From an uncultured Thermoplasmata archaeon (lineage in GTDB: Archaea > Thermoplasmatota > Thermoplasmata > UBA10834): a stretch of 64,000 bases of DNA. The notes under the pieces were generated by a model. That model saw only the letters and a program-made list of their open reading frames with translations. It did not search any database and was not told the origin of the DNA. This document shows, piece by piece, positions 59,957-64,000 of this stretch. The stretch covers positions 294,173 to 358,172 of the forward strand of contig CAVRDX010000003.1 in assembly GCA_963719945.1 (NCBI GenBank). Reading direction: 5' to 3'. The first letter of the stretch is position 1. Every line of letters begins with the position of its first letter. The position numbers were made by a program, and so were the translations under genes.

Positions 59957-60800
59957 ATGCCGGAAGTCACGTTACCAGGACATCGGTGACGCGGAGATAC
60001 AGTACCTGGACTACGCGGGCGGCGGGCCGGCGGTGGTGATGCTCCACGCCACCGGCTTCCAGCCCTGGCTGTGGCACCCCATCGCCCGGGAGCTGGCGGA
60101 GGACTTCCACGTCGTCGCCCCCTACTTCTGCGACCACCGGACCTCCGACCCCCGGGAAGGCGGACTGAGCTGGCTCACCCTCTCCGCCGACCTGGCCGCC
60201 CTGGTCGAGCGCCTGGGCATCCCCGGCGCCATGCTGGTGGGCCACTCCATGGGCGCCACCGTCTCGTCCATGGCCGAGGCCCTGCACGGCCCCATCGCCT
60301 CGCGCATGGTCCTCATCGAGCCCATCTACCTGCCCTCCCCCTTCTACGAGATGGACATCTCCGTGGAACAGCACCCCATGGCCTCCCGGGCCATCCGCCG
60401 CCGCCGCGAGTGGAGCGGAGAGGCCGAGGCCCGCGAGTACCTGGACGAGAAAGCGCTCTTCGCCAACTGGGACCCCGAGATGCTGGAGCTCTACCTGGAG
60501 CACGGCATGACCGAAGCGGACAACGGGGCGCTGGAGCTGGCCTGTCATCCCGAGAAGGAAGCGGCGCTGTTCATGGGGGGCCAGGCGCAGGACCCCTGGG
60601 AGCTGCTGGACCGGGTCACCTGCCCGGTGCTGCTGCTGGAGGGAGAGACCAGCGAGAACCGGGGCATCGTCGACCTGGGGCGCGCGGCGTCGATCATGCC
60701 GCGGGCCGAGCTGAAGGTGGTGGAGGGGGCGGGGCACCTGGTCCCCATGGAGAAGCCCCGCGAGACCCTGGCCGTCATCCGCGATTTCTTCACGGCCTGA
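59957..60800 (+). CDS. Alpha/beta hydrolase (frameshift just after the ATG)
   Basis: LHATGF, GHSMG nucleophile elbow, GAGHLVPME; SD AAGGAGG. Confidence 0.88.
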
Positions 60801-60809
60801 CCGCAGTCG

Positions 60810-61240
60810 TAGAAACTATCCCGGTGAAGAAGGGACGGAGCCCAACCTGATCCCATCCACGAAAGGTCCCAGCTATAGGAACTGACGGGCTTCAACGGGA
60901 CCCCACCGATATTGACGGCGATGGGCATGGCGAGGTCGATGCCCTTGGGCACGCCCGGCGGCCGGCCGACCTCAAGGCCGCCTTCAAAACCAAGCCGGTT
61001 CTCGGGGCCTGGCGAGACCTGATTCCCGTCAGCATCAACCAGCTTCAGCTCCCAGTTGAACTTCCTGTTGGCCAGATTCCATGGGACCTCGACGATCATC
61101 GCGACCCCCATCATGGCCGGGCTGCAGTGTCCCATCCGCTCCGAGGATGAAAGCTTGCCGGAGACTTGTGCCGCGTCCGCACCGAGGATGCATGCACCTT
61201 CGTCTCGGGCGGGATAGCCGCATCCTCTCGACAGGATCAC
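60810..61240 (-). CDS. Hypothetical protein (DUF6941-like), frameshifted; boundaries approximate
   Basis: ADAAQV..GKL, VEVPW..AN, LVDADG, EVGRPPG. Confidence 0.5.
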
Positions 61241-61508
61241 CGGCCGACCGTCGCTACATCTTCACTGTCTCAACTCCAGCCCCGGTCTTCAGCTTGGCAG
61301 ACGATTCATCTCCAGCTTGAGCATGAGGACCACGCTGAGTCCCTATCTTATCACCTTCTGATGTACCAGCCTCGGCGTCCCGAGCCATACGCCGGCCTGT
61401 GACATGACGCGCTATTCCTGGGACCGGATCGAGGTCAGGAGAGAGATCGAGGCTGAAGATCGCAGGCTGGAATAGAATAGGAGCGCAAGAAGACGGGAGG
61501 GGAGTAGA

Positions 61509-64000
61509 GTGTCGTTCTTCGCCAGGTTGTGCCGGGACCACGCCCGGGCCGTAGTCATCATATGCGTCCTGCTCACCGTGCCGGTGGCGGTGGGCATGTC
61601 CTTCCTCGAGATCAGGGCGGGGCAGAAGGACCTCATCCCCTCGAAGTTCGAGACCTCCCGCACCCTGGAGCAGGTAGACCAGCTCTTCGGCGGCACCACC
61701 AACGAGTACCCCATGGTGGAGAGCGACGCCCTGCTCACCTACCCCATGATCAAGAAGTTCCTCCTCTTCGACGCGGCCATGGCCGAGGCCCTGGGCGAGG
61801 ACGGCTACGTCTACATCCAGCACTACCTGAGCGCCTACGGGCAGAACGTGGTCGAGCAGGCGCGGCAGGCGGCGGTGGCCCAGGGCCTGTCGCCGGAGCA
61901 GGCCGCGCAGGTCCTCACGGACGTGGCCATGGTCCTCGATTTCGGGGAGGGCACCGTGCAGCCCGACCCCGCCGACCCGACCCGGACCGTCCCCTTCGAG
62001 CAGGTCATCGAGGACGGGGTGGAGCTGTACCTCGCCAACCCGGTGGCCGACAAGTGGACGGTGGACAAGGAGGGGTCGTCGCTGCTCTCCGGCGACCACC
62101 GCTACGCCAAGCTCCTCATCAAGGTCAACCCCGACCTGGACTCCCCCCAGCGCAAGGACTTCGCGGAGCGCGCCGAGGAGTTCTTCCACTCCTACTTCGA
62201 GGGAGGGGAGGTGCCGGCCGCGGTGTACGTGTCGGGCGACCCCTCCATCGACAAGGACCTGGAGGACTACGTGGTCTCCAGCTCCGTCCTCATGGCGGTG
62301 CTGGCCATGGCCCTGCTGATGTTCCTGCTCTACCTGACCTTCCGCAGGCTCACCGACGTGCTGCTGCCGCTCTCGGTGATCGTGCTCTGACCCTGGTCTG
62401 GATCTACGGCCTGATGGGCTGGTTCGGCATGCCCTTCACGGTGGTCTCGGCCATCATCGGCCCCCTGGTCCTCGGCATCTGCCTGGGCAACCTGGTGCAC
62501 ATGATGGGCCGTTTCTACGAGGAGACCGGGTCGGGCCGGGAGCCCAACCAGGCGGCCTACAAGGCCGTGCTGACCGTGGGGGTGGCCATCTTCCTGGCCT
62601 GCATCACCACCGTCTTCGGGTTCGCCTCCTTCGGCTTCTCCGACCTGGACGTGCTGCAGGACTTCGGGTACATGGCGGCCGCCGGCATCGGCCTGTGCTT
62701 CGTCTTCAGCGTCACCTTCCTGCCGGCCCTGATGAGCCGGCGCGAGGAGCGCCGTCTGCGCCGGGGCACCAGCCGCCCGCCGCGGGGGATGGACATATTC
62801 TCCGGGGAGAGCGACCACCGCGTCGACCGCCTGCTGGTGAGGGTCGCGGGCATCTCCCAGAAGAACCCGCGCGCGGTGGTGGTGATCTACGCCGTCCTGG
62901 TCTGCGCCTGCCTCCTGGGGACCTTCCGGCTGACCACCACTCCCGACCTGCGGGCCCTGGCGCCCCAGGACATCCCCTCGCTGCAGGCCCAGTACAAGGA
63001 GGAGGCGATCTTCGGCGGCCAGCAGCAGGACGTGGTCCTGCTCACCGGGGACGTGCTCGACCCCGAAGGCCCTGGCGGCCATGCACGCCTTCCAGGAGGA
63101 CCTGGCGCAGACCCCCTACTTCGGCGAGAACGGCAGCTCCAGCATCGCCGAGCTCATCCACGACTACCGGGTGCAGACCGGGAAGGCCCCGGAGGGCGGC
63201 CTGTTCGAGGACGGCCTCCCGGCCAGCCAGGCCGAGGCGGAGAGCGACCTTGCGGCCATCGCGGCGCTCTTCGGCTCGCAGGAGGGGAAGCTCATCTCCC
63301 AGGACCACCAGGCCGCGCTCATCTCCATCTTCAGCGAGGGCGCCTCCAGCAACGCCGGGCTGGAGGAGAAGAACCGCGTCCTCAACGCGGCCGCCGCGGC
63401 CACTTTCGGGGAGGCGGGCGTCCCCTACCAGGTGGGGGGGATAACCCCGCTCACCACCGAGATGCTGGGCAACCTGGTCCCCACCCAGGTCGAGACCTCC
63501 ATCCTGGCGCTGTTACTCTCGGGGCTGGTGCTGGTGCTCATCTTCCGCTCCCTCAAGTACGGCCTGGCCACGCTGTCCGTGCTGGTGGCGGGCATCTCGG
63601 TGGAGCTGGGCTTCCTCTCCCTGATGAATTGGACCCTGGACATGATGACCGTGCTCATCGTCTCCATGATCATCGGCATGGGCATCGACTACGGCATCCA
63701 CGTCACCCACCGCTTCCTGGAGGAGTACGGGTCGGGGGAGGCGAGCGTGGCCGAGGCGCTGAACGTCACCATCACCCGCATCGGCAAGACCCTGGTGGCC
63801 AGCACCATGTCCACCGCGGGGGCCTTCCTGGTCATAGCCTTCTCCAAGATGCAGCCCATCCGGCGCTTCGGGTTCATCACCGCCATCTCCCTGACGGTTT
63901 CCCTGCTGGCCAGCCTGCTGGTGCTGCCGTCCATCATCACCCTGATGGAGCGCCGCAGCGTGGCCAGGAAGGCGAAGAAGCCAGCGCCGGCGGAGAGGCT
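61509..64000 (+). CDS. MMPL/RND family transporter; frameshifts near 62387 and 63068; runs off the window
   Basis: FGGT, TFRR..DVLLPL, MGWFG, TTVFGF, GMGIDYGIH, IRRFG; duplicated RND architecture. Confidence 0.88.

Noticed and set aside
40920-64000. Genomic island or prophage integrated in polB
   Set aside because: No integrase, att repeat or phage genes; content is ordinary bacterial chromosome with a different error profile.

Overview
The window joins two unrelated genomes. Bases 1 to ~40,919 are archaeal, most likely a Thermoplasmata / Methanomassiliicoccales-like lineage. This part holds conserved housekeeping clusters (bud32-rdgB, rpl44e-rps27e-aIF2a-nop10-PAC2, tfs-pcn, purN-tkt-tal, argG-argH, eIF1A-rio1-KH, pus10-rpl21e-rpoF-DUF655-rsmA, ychF-polB), DUF835 proteins, lysine 2,3-aminomutase and three tRNAs (Pro, intron-containing Tyr, Glu). 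At ~40,919 the family B DNA polymerase is cut off mid-gene. The sequence then switches to visibly higher-GC bacterial DNA with many frameshifts, resembling Ca. Geothermincolia-type Actinomycetota (V4R proteins, SDR, a large surface multicopper oxidase, oleate hydratase/TetR, SulP, MMPL, REP elements). The join is most likely a chimera or contig concatenation. The top finding is a 1,342-bp element (14108-15449) that encodes only a TnpB-family RNA-guided nuclease, yet is bounded by 24-bp terminal inverted repeats (22/24 identical) and a perfect 9-bp target-site duplication (GTCTCAAGA). Those are hallmarks of a DDE transposon, not of IS200/IS605 or IS607. Other leads are a CdrS-like ribbon-helix-helix regulator that shares a GTCnGAC-N4-GTCnGAC motif with a possible cell-division membrane protein, and an rdgB whose conserved N-terminus has no canonical start codon. 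Product calls come from motif recognition by eye; no database searches were run.
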